Assembly (NCBI GenBank): GCA_036556505.1
Contig: DATBJH010000125.1
Span: forward strand, 4,003 to 68,002
DNA from: Gemmatimonadales bacterium
GTDB taxonomy: Bacteria > Gemmatimonadota > Gemmatimonadetes > Gemmatimonadales > GWC2-71-9
Direction of reading: 5' to 3'
DNA length: 64,000 nucleotides
The number at the start of each line of letters is the position of its first letter. Position 1 is the stretch's first letter. Of this stretch, positions 37,781-47,504 are shown piece after piece. The notes under the pieces were generated by a model, which saw only the letters and a program-made list of their open reading frames with translations, did not search any database and was not told the DNA's origin. The position numbers and the translations under genes were made by a program.

Positions 37781-39253
37781 ATGATGCGACTCCGCGCGCT
37801 CGTCCTTCTCACCCTGCTTCCCACCTCTCTCGCTGCCCAGTCCGACGACGCCTCCCGCCTGGTCGCGGCCCTGCTCGGCGACACGCCGATGACGAGCGAC
37901 CTGGAGACACTCACCGATCGGATCGGCGGTCGTCCCACGGGATCGGAGGCGAACCGGCGCGCCTTCGACTGGGCGCTCGGGCGATTCAAGGACGCCGGGG
38001 TCGAGGCGCGCAAGGAGCCGTTCCAGATGCCCGGCCTCTGGCTGGAGCGCTCGGCCCGGGCCACGGTGAAGGGGAACGGGGTGAGCTTTGGCGCGCGCGT
38101 GGCGGCGCTGCCGTACTCCCCGGCGACCTCGGCGTCGGGACTCACGGCCCCGCTGGTAGACGCCGGCCGGGGCGCCGAGGCGGACTTCGCCGCCCTGGGC
38201 GCCCGCGCCCAGGGCGCCTTCGTGCTGGTCGAGACCGAGGAGCTGGTCGATCTGGACGGACTGTTCCGCGAATACAAGGAGGCCGGGCACATCGAGCGGC
38301 GCGCCATCGCCGCGGGCGCGGCGGGGCTGGTCTACATGTCCTCCCGCCCGGGGAACACGCTCGCGCGCCACAACGCCTCGCTCGGCTGGGCCAACCGGCA
38401 TCCGATGATGATGATGGAGCGGGACGCGGCGGCTCGCGCGTTGCGGTTGCTCCGCGGGGGCACCCCGCTGTCCCTCACCGCCGTCCTCGACATCCGCTCC
38501 GGGCCCGCGTACACCGCGCACAACGTCATCGGCGAGATCCGGGGCAGCACCCGACCGGACGAGATCGTCGTCATCGGCGCGCACCTCGACTCCTGGGACC
38601 TCGGCACCGGCGCGCTGGATAACGGGGCCAATTCCGCGATGGTGATCGACATCGCCCGGCAGATCGTGCGGCTGGGCCTCCGGCCGGCCCGGACGATCCG
38701 CTTCGCCCTGTGGAACGGCGAAGAGCAGAATCTCAACGGCTCGTACGGCTACACGCTGACCCACGCCGCCGAGCTGGACCGCCACGTCATGGCCTCGTCC
38801 TACGACGTCGGGACCGGGCGGATCTCCGGGTACTTCACCGGGGGCCGGGCGGACCTGGTGCCCGTGCTGGAGCGCGCGCTCGCGCCGGTGGCGGGGCTGG
38901 GCCCGTTCACTCCGATCAACATCCCGATCGTCGGGACCGACAACTACGACTTCATGATGCAGGGCGTGCCCAACCTGGTGGCGAACCAGGAGTCGGCGAA
39001 CTACGGCCCCAACTACCACGCGCGGAGCGACGAGTTCGGTCGCGTCGACCTGCGCCAGTTGCGGCTCAACGCCGCGATCGCCGCGGCCACCACGTGGGGG
39101 TTCGCGACCCTGGACCTCTCGCTGCCGCGGCAGACGGCGGCGCAGGTGGACTCGATGGTGCGGAACTCGGATCTGCCGGACCAGATGAAGTCGTTCAGCG
39201 TGTACGACGCGTGGGTGGCGGGGAAGCGGGGGCTGCGGTCCTCGTCACCCTGA
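37781..39253 (+). CDS. Secreted M28 peptidase (carboxypeptidase Q-like, PA domain)
   Basis: Signal peptide, LTDRIGGRPTGS, GAHLDSWD...GALDNG, GEEQ, YHARSD. Confidence 0.88.
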   Translation: MMRLRALVLLTLLPTSLAAQSDDASRLVAALLGDTPMTSDLETLTDRIGGRPTGSEANRRAFDWALGRFKDAGVEARKEPFQMPGLWLERSARATVKGNGVSFGARVAALPYSPATSASGLTAPLVDAGRGAEADFAALGARAQGAFVLVETEELVDLDGLFREYKEAGHIERRAIAAGAAGLVYMSSRPGNTLARHNASLGWANRHPMMMMERDAAARALRLLRGGTPLSLTAVLDIRSGPAYTAHNVIGEIRGSTRPDEIVVIGAHLDSWDLGTGALDNGANSAMVIDIARQIVRLGLRPARTIRFALWNGEEQNLNGSYGYTLTHAAELDRHVMASSYDVGTGRISGYFTGGRADLVPVLERALAPVAGLGPFTPINIPIVGTDNYDFMMQGVPNLVANQESANYGPNYHARSDEFGRVDLRQLRLNAAIAAATTWGFATLDLSLPRQTAAQVDSMVRNSDLPDQMKSFSVYDAWVAGKRGLRSSSP

Positions 39254-39307
39254 GCGCAGCGAGGCCACACCAGGTCATTAGCCAACCTTCGCTGGGCTCA
39301 GGGTGAC
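39243..39307. repeat. Inverted REP-like pair (REPIN-like) between convergent genes
   Basis: GTCACCCTGAGCGCAGCGAGG at 39244-39264 and the reverse complement of GTCACCCTGAGCCCAGCGAAGG at 39286-39307. Confidence 0.8.
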
Positions 39308-40938
39308 ATCGAGGCCAACAACGCTCTGGCAATGTCCGCGGCGCCGTCCATGCCCTGCGCTCCCAGCAGCAGCACCAGGTCCCCTTCGCCGCTCCCCTCG
39401 AGCGCCCGCCGCACCGCGGCCTCGAGATCGGGCTCGTAGCTGAAGCCTACGCCCTCCTCCCTCAGCACCGACACCGCCGCCTCCCGTTCCTCGTCCCGCA
39501 CCCGGTCGCGAGCGCCGGCCGAGTCATCGCTCGCCGTGACCACGAGCTGCACCGGGCTTTGCGCCGACCGCACCGCCCTCGCCAGCGCGGCGGCGAGACG
39601 CCGGTTGATGGCCGGTCCACGCGCGCCGCGGATGCCGAAGGCGATCCGCAGCGACCGGTGCGGAATGCTGCGGATGGTCGCGAACACCGAGTCCACCGAG
39701 CGGGGGTTGCCGACGGTATCGTCCAGGATCGTCGGCGAGGCCTGGCGCACCACCTCCATCCGCCGCCGGATCGGCGCGAGCTCCGCCACCGATTCGGTGA
39801 CCCCCGCGGGGACGCCACCGGCGAGCAGCGCGACCACGGCCGCCAGCGCGGCATTCGCCACCTGGTGCACGCCCAGCACCGGCAACACCAGCGGAATCGC
39901 AGTGGGAGCCAGCTCGGTCCCATCGGCCCGGGGCAGCGGCCGGCGGATCTCGAGCGCGAAGACCGACCCCGCGGCGTCGCAGCGGAGCCCACTCACCGCC
40001 ACCTCGGCCTCGGGATCTCCCTCGGCCGAGACCTCGATCACGGGACGGACCCGCGCGAGGCCCGCAGCCGCCACCAGGTTCCTCACGTGGGCATCATCCC
40101 GGCTCACCACCATCGGCGCGCCGGGCCCGAGCATGTCGAAGAACCGCGCCTTGGTGCGGAGGTAGTGCTCGGGTGTGCCGTGAAAGTCGAGATGCTCGTC
40201 GGGGACGAGGTTGGTCAAGGCACCGAGCGCGAAGGTGAGTCCGGCGACGCGCTTCAGGGCAATGCCGTGGGAGGTCACCTCCATGACCGCTGTCGAAACG
40301 CCGGCATCCACCATCTCACGCAACGCCCGGTGGATGGAAGGCGCGTCCGGCGTGGTCATGCCGGTGTCCGCCACCTGCCCCCGGTGCCGCACGCCCAGGG
40401 ATCCGATCACACCCACTCGGACACCGCTCGCCGCCAGCGCGGACTGCACCAGCAGCGCAGTAGAGGTCTTTCCCAAGGTGCCGGTGATGCCGACGAGGCG
40501 GAGTCGGCTGGCGGGATGTCCGTAGAGCGTCGCGGCCAGGTGCGGCACGGCGCCGCGCGGGTCGGTCGCAATGATCGTGGGGAAGTCCGGCAGCGGCGCG
40601 GCCGAGCAGGCCGCCACGGCGCCGCGGCCCCGGGCCTCGGGGACGAAGCGGAGGCCGTCGGTTTGCTCGCCGCGCTGGGCGACGAAGAGATCGCCGGGCC
40701 GCACCTGCCGGGAGTCCACGGCGATACCGGTGACGTCGACGTCGGCGCCGTGGTAGCGGTGGCCCAGCGCGGCGGCCAGCTCGGAGAGACGGATCGCGGC
40801 CTCAGGGTCGGGGTCGGAGGAGTTTAGCTCCGGCGGGATGGCCGGTGAAGCCGCGGAGTCGGAGGCGTCGAAGTTTTCGTCCGCGGCCGCGCGGATTCGG
40901 TGCCCGAGTCCCGACGTCCCGCTCCTATCCTCGGCCAT
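39298..40938 (-). CDS. Divergent MurE-like Mur ligase (start uncertain)
   Basis: DSRQVRPGDLFVA, GITGTLGKTST, TTPDA, MEVTSHG, EHLDFHGT. Confidence 0.82.
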   Translation of the reverse strand: MAEDRSGTSGLGHRIRAAADENFDASDSAASPAIPPELNSSDPDPEAAIRLSELAAALGHRYHGADVDVTGIAVDSRQVRPGDLFVAQRGEQTDGLRFVPEARGRGAVAACSAAPLPDFPTIIATDPRGAVPHLAATLYGHPASRLRLVGITGTLGKTSTALLVQSALAASGVRVGVIGSLGVRHRGQVADTGMTTPDAPSIHRALREMVDAGVSTAVMEVTSHGIALKRVAGLTFALGALTNLVPDEHLDFHGTPEHYLRTKARFFDMLGPGAPMVVSRDDAHVRNLVAAAGLARVRPVIEVSAEGDPEAEVAVSGLRCDAAGSVFALEIRRPLPRADGTELAPTAIPLVLPVLGVHQVANAALAAVVALLAGGVPAGVTESVAELAPIRRRMEVVRQASPTILDDTVGNPRSVDSVFATIRSIPHRSLRIAFGIRGARGPAINRRLAAALARAVRSAQSPVQLVVTASDDSAGARDRVRDEEREAAVSVLREEGVGFSYEPDLEAAVRRALEGSGEGDLVLLLGAQGMDGAADIARALLASMSP

Positions 40939-41353
40939 GCGATCCCACCGCAGCTTCGTCCCCGTGAGCCACTGGGCGGACCGCCGTCAGCGCCGGGGTG
41001 TGGCAGGGGAGCGCGCCGCCATCGCGTACCTCACGGCCTGCGGCTGGAACATCGAGTCGCACCGGTTCAGGCTGGGCCGACACGATCTCGACGTGGTGGC
41101 TCGGAAGGGGCGGCTGGTGGCCTTCGTCGAGGTGAAAACGCGTCGGTCGAACACCTGCGGCTCGGCGCTGGAATCCGTCAGCGCCCTCAAGCGCCAGGTC
41201 CTGGGCAAGGTGGCTATGCACTGGCGGCTGCGGCACGGTCGGACGGGAGACACCTACCGGTTCGACATCCTGGCCATCCAGGACCATGGCGGGGGCCGGT
41301 ACGAGGTGGAGCATGTGGAGGATGCGTGGCGGTCGGGGTGGAGCGCATGCTGA
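40937..41353 (+). CDS. yraN: YraN (UPF0102) family nuclease-fold protein
   Basis: GERAA..YL, LDVVA, FVEVKTR, YRFD, EDAW. Confidence 0.9.
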   Translation: MRSHRSFVPVSHWADRRQRRGVAGERAAIAYLTACGWNIESHRFRLGRHDLDVVARKGRLVAFVEVKTRRSNTCGSALESVSALKRQVLGKVAMHWRLRHGRTGDTYRFDILAIQDHGGGRYEVEHVEDAWRSGWSAC

Positions 41354-41359
41354 CATTTT

Positions 41360-41418
41360 TGTGGCTCAAAATAAGCCACAGCTGCACCCTTGCTTCGGCA
41401 AGTATTCGGTATTAGCTT
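41360..41418 (+). promoter_or_regulatory. recA promoter region with inverted repeat
   Basis: AT-rich; TGTGGCT-N7-AGCCACA (41360-41380); TTGCTT-17 nt-TAGCTT (41390-41418). Confidence 0.5.
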
Positions 41419-41472
41419 GGTGTCGCTTAGTATTGTGTAGCAAAATCAGTCACTTCATACCAGGGGAACACC

Positions 41473-42513
41473 ATGCCCGCTGACGAAACCCGGCTGGAAG
41501 CCGACCGCCGCAAGGCGCTCGGTCTGGCCATCTCCCAGATCGAGAAGCAGCTCGGCAAGGGGTCCATCATGCGCATGGGCGCCGACTCCGCCCGGGTCAA
41601 GGTGGCCGCCATCCCCACCGGCGCCATCAATCTCGACGCGGCCACCGGCATCGGCGGTGTGCCCCGGGGCCGAATCACCGAGATCTACGGCCCCGAGTCC
41701 TCGGGCAAAACCACCCTCACCCTCCACCTCGCGGCCAACGTCCAGCGGATGGGCGGCGTCGCGGCCTACGTGGACGCCGAGCACGCGCTCGACATCGAGT
41801 ACGCCAAAAAGCTCGGCGTCAACGTCGAGGATCTCCTCGTCTCCCAGCCGGACACCGGCGAGCAGGCGCTCGAGATCGTGGACATCCTGGTGCGCTCCGG
41901 CGCGGTGGACCTCGTAGTCATCGACTCGGTCGCGGCGCTGGTGCCCAAGGCCGAGATCGAAGGCGAGATGGGCGACTCGATCGTAGGCGTACAGGCCCGG
42001 CTCATGAGCCAGGCGCTCCGCAAGCTCGCCGGCGCCATCAACCGCTCCAACACCGCCGTGGTCTTCATCAACCAGCTTCGCGAGAAGATCGGCGTCATGT
42101 TCGGCAACCCGGAGACCACCACGGGCGGCAAGGCGCTCAAGTTCTACGCCTCGCTCCGGCTCGATATCCGGCGCATCGGCCCGGTCAAGGAGCGCGAGGC
42201 GGTGGTCGGCAACCACGTCCGGGTGAAGGTGGTCAAGAACAAGGTCGCTCCGCCGTTCCGGCAGGCGGAGTTCGACATCATGTTCGACGAAGGCATCAGC
42301 CACACCTCGCTGCTGGTGGATCTCGCCTCCGAGGCCAACATCATCCAGAAGTCGGGCGCCTGGTACTCCTACAACGACCAGCGCATCGGCCAGGGCCGCG
42401 AGAACGCCAAGTTGTTCCTGCGGGACAACCCGCCCCTCCTGACCGAGATCGAGGGCAAGGTGAAAGAGCTGCTCGGCGTTCGCCCGGTCGCTGCGGAAGC
42501 CACCGAGGAGTGA
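41473..42513 (+). CDS. recA: Recombinase A
   Basis: [44 protein letters not shown]. Confidence 0.99.
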   Translation: MPADETRLEADRRKALGLAISQIEKQLGKGSIMRMGADSARVKVAAIPTGAINLDAATGIGGVPRGRITEIYGPESSGKTTLTLHLAANVQRMGGVAAYVDAEHALDIEYAKKLGVNVEDLLVSQPDTGEQALEIVDILVRSGAVDLVVIDSVAALVPKAEIEGEMGDSIVGVQARLMSQALRKLAGAINRSNTAVVFINQLREKIGVMFGNPETTTGGKALKFYASLRLDIRRIGPVKEREAVVGNHVRVKVVKNKVAPPFRQAEFDIMFDEGISHTSLLVDLASEANIIQKSGAWYSYNDQRIGQGRENAKLFLRDNPPLLTEIEGKVKELLGVRPVAAEATEE

Positions 42514-43172
42514 CCGCACCCGAAGGGCAGGCCCGTCCTCGGCGAATCACCGCCCTGCTGCCCGAGCCCCAGGGCGCAGGCTGCATCCGGGTCGAGGTGG
42601 ATGGGGCACGGTTCGGCTCGCTTCCACCCGAGGTGGTGCGGGAGGAGCGGCTTCGGGTGGGCGGCGAGCTGGACGAGGTCAGGCTCGGCCGCCTGGCCGG
42701 CCTGGCCGAGATGGAGGCCACCTACCGCATCGCACTCCGAGCCGTCGAGCGACGCTCGTTCGCGCGGTCGGATCTCGGCCGCCGGCTGCGCCGCAAGGGT
42801 CACGCGCCCGAAGCGATCGAGCGGGCCCTCGGCCGTCTCGCGGAGCACGGGTTCCTCGACGACGCGGCATTCGCCGCGAGCTACGTCGAGACCCGCGCCG
42901 CGAGAGGCCGGGGCCCGCTGCGGCTCGCCCGAGACCTGGCAGCGATGGGCGTCGAGCGGGGTGTGATCGACCGCGCCCTCGCGGCCCACGCCGGCGGCGC
43001 CGACCCGGCCGGCGATGTCCCTCGCACCCTGGCCGCGAAGCGCGCCGCGCAACTGGGGGATCTACCCCGACACGTGCGTCGGCGCCGAGTGCTCGCCTAC
43101 CTCGCCCGGCGCGGATTCTCCGGGCGGGAGGTGACGGAGATGGTGGGCAAGCTGATCACCGATAGCGGATAG
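42510..43172 (+). CDS. recX: Regulatory protein RecX
   Basis: Follows rec[24 protein letters not shown]. Confidence 0.9.
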   Translation: MTAPEGQARPRRITALLPEPQGAGCIRVEVDGARFGSLPPEVVREERLRVGGELDEVRLGRLAGLAEMEATYRIALRAVERRSFARSDLGRRLRRKGHAPEAIERALGRLAEHGFLDDAAFAASYVETRAARGRGPLRLARDLAAMGVERGVIDRALAAHAGGADPAGDVPRTLAAKRAAQLGDLPRHVRRRRVLAYLARRGFSGREVTEMVGKLITDSG

Positions 43173-43214
43173 GATAGCGGATAGCGGATGGCTGATAGCT
43201 GATCGCTGATAGCT
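43154..43214 (+). repeat. Heptamer tandem array (GATAGCK)n containing the recX stop
   Basis: gatcacc gatagcg gatag gatagcg gatagcg gatggct gatagct gatcgct gatagct. Confidence 0.9.
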
Positions 43215-43232
43215 CCCTTATATTCTCTCCCC

Positions 43233-45887
43233 ATGCAGTCGGCACGCATCCGCCGTCTCTTCCTCGACTTCTTCGTCGCCAAGGGGCACCGCGAGGTGCC
43301 TTCTTCGTCGTTGGTACCTGCGGACGATCCCACCCTCCTGTTCACCAACGCGGGGATGGTGCAGTTCAAGCGCACCTTCCTCGGTCAGGAGCACCGGGAC
43401 TACCTCCGGGCCACGACCTGCCAGAAGTGTGTCCGCGCCGGGGGCAAGCACAACGACCTCGAACAGGTAGGTCACACCAAGCGGCACCACACCTTCTTCG
43501 AGATGTTGGGCAATTTCTCCTTCGGCGACTACTTCAAGCGCGAGGCGATCGCCTACGCCTGGGAGTTCGTCACCAGCCCGCAGTGGCTCGGCATCCCCGC
43601 GGAGCGGCTCCGGGTCACCGTCCACCACACGGACCACGAGGCCCGCCGGTACTGGGGGGAGACGTCCGGCCTGCCCGATCACCGGATTTACGGACTGGGC
43701 GACAAGGACAACTTCTGGCAGATGGGCGACACGGGGCCGTGCGGGCCTTGTACCGAGATCTACGTGGATCTCGAGTGGGCGGACGGGGCGACGGCCGACG
43801 TCATCCCCCAGGCGGAGTTCGAGCGGCTCGCCGAAGAGGGACGGTTCCTGGAGATCTGGAACCTCGTCTTCATGCAGTTCGATCGCTCGGTGGACGGCAC
43901 GCTCACCCCGCTGCCCAAGCCCTCGGTGGACACGGGGGCCGGGCTGGAGCGGATCGCGGCGGTGATGCAGGGTGAGGACGACAACTTTCACACCGATCTC
44001 TTCCAGCCGCTGATCGATCGGGTCGGTGAGCTGGTGGGCGTGCCCTACGACCGGAACGCGGAGAGCCGGGCGTCGTATCGGGTGCTGGCCGATCACGCGC
44101 GGGCGGTCAGCTTCCTGCTGGCCGACGGGGTCTATCCGAGTAACGAAGGCCGCGGCTACGTGCTGCGACGGATCCTGCGCCGCGCGGTGCGGCACGCCTG
44201 GCTGCTCGGGCGCCGGGAGCCCACCCTCGCGGCGCTTTCCGACGTCGTGGTCCGCCAGCTGGGCGAGGTCTATCCCGAGCTGACCGCCAAGGCCGGCTTC
44301 ATTCACGAGGTGACCGAGACGGAAGAGCGCCGGTTCCTCGAGACCATCGAGGGCGGGCTCGCTCGGCTGGAGGAGATCTTCGGGTCCGGCGCGACGACGA
44401 TCTCCGGCGAGGACGCGTTCAAGCTCTACGACACCTACGGGTTCCCCATCGACCTTACCCAGATCATCGCCGGGGAACGCGGTGTCGGCGTGGAGCTGGC
44501 GGGCTTCGAGCGCGCGCTGGAGCAGCAGCGCGAGCGCTCGCGCGCGGCGCGGGCAGGGTCCCGCGGGGAAGGGAAGGCCGGAGCTCCGGCGGTCCGCACC
44601 GGCAAGCGCGACAAGTGGCGCTCGGTGAAGCGCGGCAAGCAGCGGTTCGTCGGCTACGACACCACCGAGGCGGACACCGAGGTCCTCGCCTTCCGGCAGG
44701 AGGGCCCCCGGGTCGAGCTGGTGCTGAAGGAGAATCCCTTCTACGCCGAGTCGGGTGGCCAGGTGAGCGACATCGGCGGCGTGAGTGGTGAAGGCTGGTC
44801 GCTCAGCGTCGACTCGGTGCGCAAGGACCCGAAGGGAACCGTGGTCGGCGGCGAGTTCGCGGAGACGTTCGAGCCCACCGGGCTCCGCGCCGCGGTGGAC
44901 AGGCCCCGCCGCCGGGATATCGAGCGCAATCACAGCGCGACGCACCTGGTGCACTACGTGCTGCGCAAGCATCTCGGCAGCCACGTGCGGCAGCAGGGCT
45001 CGCTGGTTCAGCCCGAGCGACTGCGCTTCGACTTCTCCCACCATGGCCCCATCGAGCCGGCCGCGCTCCGTGCCATCGAGGACGAGGTCAACGACCTGGT
45101 CCTCGCCAACGACGTGGTCACCACTCGCGAGATGCCCTACGCCGAGGCGCTGGCGCTCGGGGCCATGGCGTTCTTCTCCGAGAAGTACGGCGACGTGGTC
45201 CGGGTGGTGCGGATGGGATCGTCCGTCGAGCTGTGCGGGGGCACCCACGTGCGCACCACCGGGCAGGTCGGGCCGTTCCGCTTCACGGGGCAGACCGGCG
45301 TCGCCGCCGGTGTGCGCCGGATCGAAGCGGTCACCGGCAGCGGGGCCCTTCGGGCGCTCCGGGAGCAGGAACAGCGGCTCACCCGCGTGGCGGAAACGCT
45401 CAAGTCACAGCCCGAGCACGTGCTGCGCCGGCTGGAGCAGCTGCTGGAGGAGCGGCAGCGGCTGGAGGCCCGGCTGCAGGAGGCGCTTCGCAGCGGGAGC
45501 GGGTCCGCGATGACCGGAGACCGGACCACGGTGGACGGGGTGGACTTGACCATCGCCGAGACCGCCAGCGACGACCGCGCGGAGGTCGGCCGGATCTCGG
45601 ACCAGTTTCGCGAGGGCAAGCGCAACGGCGTCCTGGTGCTCTTCAGCACCGGCGGCCGGGGCGGCATCCACGTCGCCCTCACCGACGACCTGGTGCGCGC
45701 CGGCCGCAACGCCGGCGACCTGGTGAACCGCATCGCCGCGCTCAGCGGCGGCCGGGGCGGCGGACGCCCCCACTTCGCCTCCGCCGGCGCGGGCGACGCC
45801 ACCAAGCTTCCCCAGGCGCGGGCCGCGACTCGCGACCTCGTCTCCGCGTGGCTCGGTGGCGCCCGCGTCGAAGGAAACGGCGCCTGA
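43233..45887 (+). CDS. alaS: Alanine--tRNA ligase
   Basis: LLFTNAGMVQFK, HHTFFEMLGNFSFGDYFK, NHSATHL, ELCGGTHV, GGRGGG. Confidence 0.99.
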   Translation: MQSARIRRLFLDFFVAKGHREVPSSSLVPADDPTLLFTNAGMVQFKRTFLGQEHRDYLRATTCQKCVRAGGKHNDLEQVGHTKRHHTFFEMLGNFSFGDYFKREAIAYAWEFVTSPQWLGIPAERLRVTVHHTDHEARRYWGETSGLPDHRIYGLGDKDNFWQMGDTGPCGPCTEIYVDLEWADGATADVIPQAEFERLAEEGRFLEIWNLVFMQFDRSVDGTLTPLPKPSVDTGAGLERIAAVMQGEDDNFHTDLFQPLIDRVGELVGVPYDRNAESRASYRVLADHARAVSFLLADGVYPSNEGRGYVLRRILRRAVRHAWLLGRREPTLAALSDVVVRQLGEVYPELTAKAGFIHEVTETEERRFLETIEGGLARLEEIFGSGATTISGEDAFKLYDTYGFPIDLTQIIAGERGVGVELAGFERALEQQRERSRAARAGSRGEGKAGAPAVRTGKRDKWRSVKRGKQRFVGYDTTEADTEVLAFRQEGPRVELVLKENPFYAESGGQVSDIGGVSGEGWSLSVDSVRKDPKGTVVGGEFAETFEPTGLRAAVDRPRRRDIERNHSATHLVHYVLRKHLGSHVRQQGSLVQPERLRFDFSHHGPIEPAALRAIEDEVNDLVLANDVVTTREMPYAEALALGAMAFFSEKYGDVVRVVRMGSSVELCGGTHVRTTGQVGPFRFTGQTGVAAGVRRIEAVTGSGALRALREQEQRLTRVAETLKSQPEHVLRRLEQLLEERQRLEARLQEALRSGSGSAMTGDRTTVDGVDLTIAETASDDRAEVGRISDQFREGKRNGVLVLFSTGGRGGIHVALTDDLVRAGRNAGDLVNRIAALSGGRGGGRPHFASAGAGDATKLPQARAATRDLVSAWLGGARVEGNGA

Positions 45888-46174
45888 CGTCCCGCTGGCT
45901 GGAGCGGGAGACGGCAGGAGCGCCGGAGGCCCTGCGCGAGCGCGTGCGGTCGCATGCCGGCTCCGGCGCCACATCGCCCGACGGCCTGGCGGCCTCCGGC
46001 CGGCGCGCGCTCGACCGGGTGCTCGCCCGCCAGGGCGATCGCTCGGTGGCGCTCGATCTCCTCGCCGCGGATGCTCTGGTGACCCTCGCCCTCCTGGCCC
46101 AGGCCCGCCGGACGCCCGAGCGGCTCGACGCCTTCGCCGCTGCCCTGCTCCGCGACGGGTCCCCCGCCGCGTGA
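45884..46174 (+). CDS. Small helical hypothetical protein; probable CTG start
   Basis: Fills the gap between alaS and the phosphatase gene with 4-nt overlaps at both ends (CTGA, GTGA); AAGGA RBS; protein-like ALDLLAADALVTLA. Confidence 0.65.
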   Translation: MTSRWLERETAGAPEALRERVRSHAGSGATSPDGLAASGRRALDRVLARQGDRSVALDLLAADALVTLALLAQARRTPERLDAFAAALLRDGSPAA

Positions 46175-46932
46175 TCGATCTCCATTCCCATCTGCTGCCC
46201 GCGGTGGACGACGGGTCGCGCTCCGTGGCCCAGTCGGTCAAGGTCATGAAAGAGCAGGTGGCGCGCGGCGTCACCGACATCTGCCTGACGCCCCACGTCC
46301 GCGCGGGAGACCTCGGCAAGGCGCCGCCCACGGCTCACGAGACCGCGTACGCCACGCTCGAGGCCGCTGCGCTCCCGCTGCCCCGGCTGCATCGGGGCGC
46401 CGAAGTGATGCTCGACCGCCCGCTCCCGCCGGACTCACCCCACGCGCGACGCTATACCATCGGCGGCACGCGCTATCTCCTGGTGGAGTTTCCCCGGATG
46501 GTGGCGTTCGACACCGTCTGCACCGCCCTGCATCGGGTGGTCGAGGCGGGACTGCTGCCGCTGCTGGCCCACCCCGAGCGCTACACCTGCTGCAGCCCCG
46601 AGGCCGTCGCCCGCTGGCGGGAGATCGGCGCGAGCATGCAGGTGGACGCGACGACGCTCCTCACGCCCCAGTCTCGCGGGCAGCGGGCGCGGGCTCTGGT
46701 GGGCGCGGGCCTGGCCGACATTCTCGCGGCGGACAACCACGGCGACGACCGCAGCATCGGAACCGGGCGCCAGTTCCTGGAGGCCCAGGACGGCGCCGAG
46801 CAGGCGGACCTGCTCACCAGGGTGAATCCGCGGGCGATTCTGGACGACGCCCCGCTGGTGCCGGTGCCGCCGGTGGAGCTGCGCCGAAGCTGGGTCCAGA
46901 AGATCCGCCAGCTTCTGGAGGGCGGCGAGTGA
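46171..46932 (+). CDS. CpsB/CapC-family PHP protein-tyrosine phosphatase
   Basis: IDLHSHLLPAVDDGS, TPH, GAE, LAHPERY, DNH. Confidence 0.9.
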   Translation: MIDLHSHLLPAVDDGSRSVAQSVKVMKEQVARGVTDICLTPHVRAGDLGKAPPTAHETAYATLEAAALPLPRLHRGAEVMLDRPLPPDSPHARRYTIGGTRYLLVEFPRMVAFDTVCTALHRVVEAGLLPLLAHPERYTCCSPEAVARWREIGASMQVDATTLLTPQSRGQRARALVGAGLADILAADNHGDDRSIGTGRQFLEAQDGAEQADLLTRVNPRAILDDAPLVPVPPVELRRSWVQKIRQLLEGGE

Positions 46933-47504
46933 CCGCGGCGGCGGTTCGCGCGGGTCTCGAAGCGCTGGCGCGCTCGGCGCTCGACTGTGCGGCGCTCGCC
47001 GAGCAGGTGGCGTCGGCGGCGCGCCGCTACGCCGACACCCTGCTGTCGGGCAGGACCCTGTTCTTCTGCGGTAACGGCGGAAGCGCGGCCGACGCGCAGC
47101 ACCTCGCCACCGAGTACGTGGTGCGTTACGCGGCCACGCGCCGTCCGCTCTCCGCGGTGGCGCTGACGACCGACTCCTCGCTTCTCACCGCCGCGGCGAA
47201 CGATCTCGGCTTCGAGCGGGTGTTCGCGCGCCAGGTGGAAGCGCTCTGCCGGCCGGGCGATCTGCTGGTCCTCCACAGCACCAGCGGCGAGAGCCCGAAC
47301 CTGCTCGCCGCCGCGCGCGCGGCGCGCGAGCGGTCGGTGGCTACGGTCGCCTTCCTGGGCCGAGGAGGCGGCGCGCTCGCGGCCCTGGTGGACGAGGCCA
47401 TCGTGGTACCCTCCCAGGATGCGGGCCGGATCCAGGTGATCCACCTCGCGCTGGAGCATCTGATCGTGGAGCAGGTGGAAGCCGAGCTGACCCGCGGCGC
47501 ATGA
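46929..47504 (+). CDS. gmhA: Phosphoheptose isomerase (SIS domain)
   Basis: CGNGGSAADAQH, ANDLGFERVFARQV, STSGESPN. Confidence 0.9.
   Translation: MTAAAVRAGLEALARSALDCAALAEQVASAARRYADTLLSGRTLFFCGNGGSAADAQHLATEYVVRYAATRRPLSAVALTTDSSLLTAAANDLGFERVFARQVEALCRPGDLLVLHSTSGESPNLLAAARAARERSVATVAFLGRGGGALAALVDEAIVVPSQDAGRIQVIHLALEHLIVEQVEAELTRGA

Noticed and set aside
46171..46932. Tyrosine phosphatase as marker of a capsule locus
   Set aside because: No Wzc/Wzz/Wza neighbours; it sits in a mixed housekeeping run.
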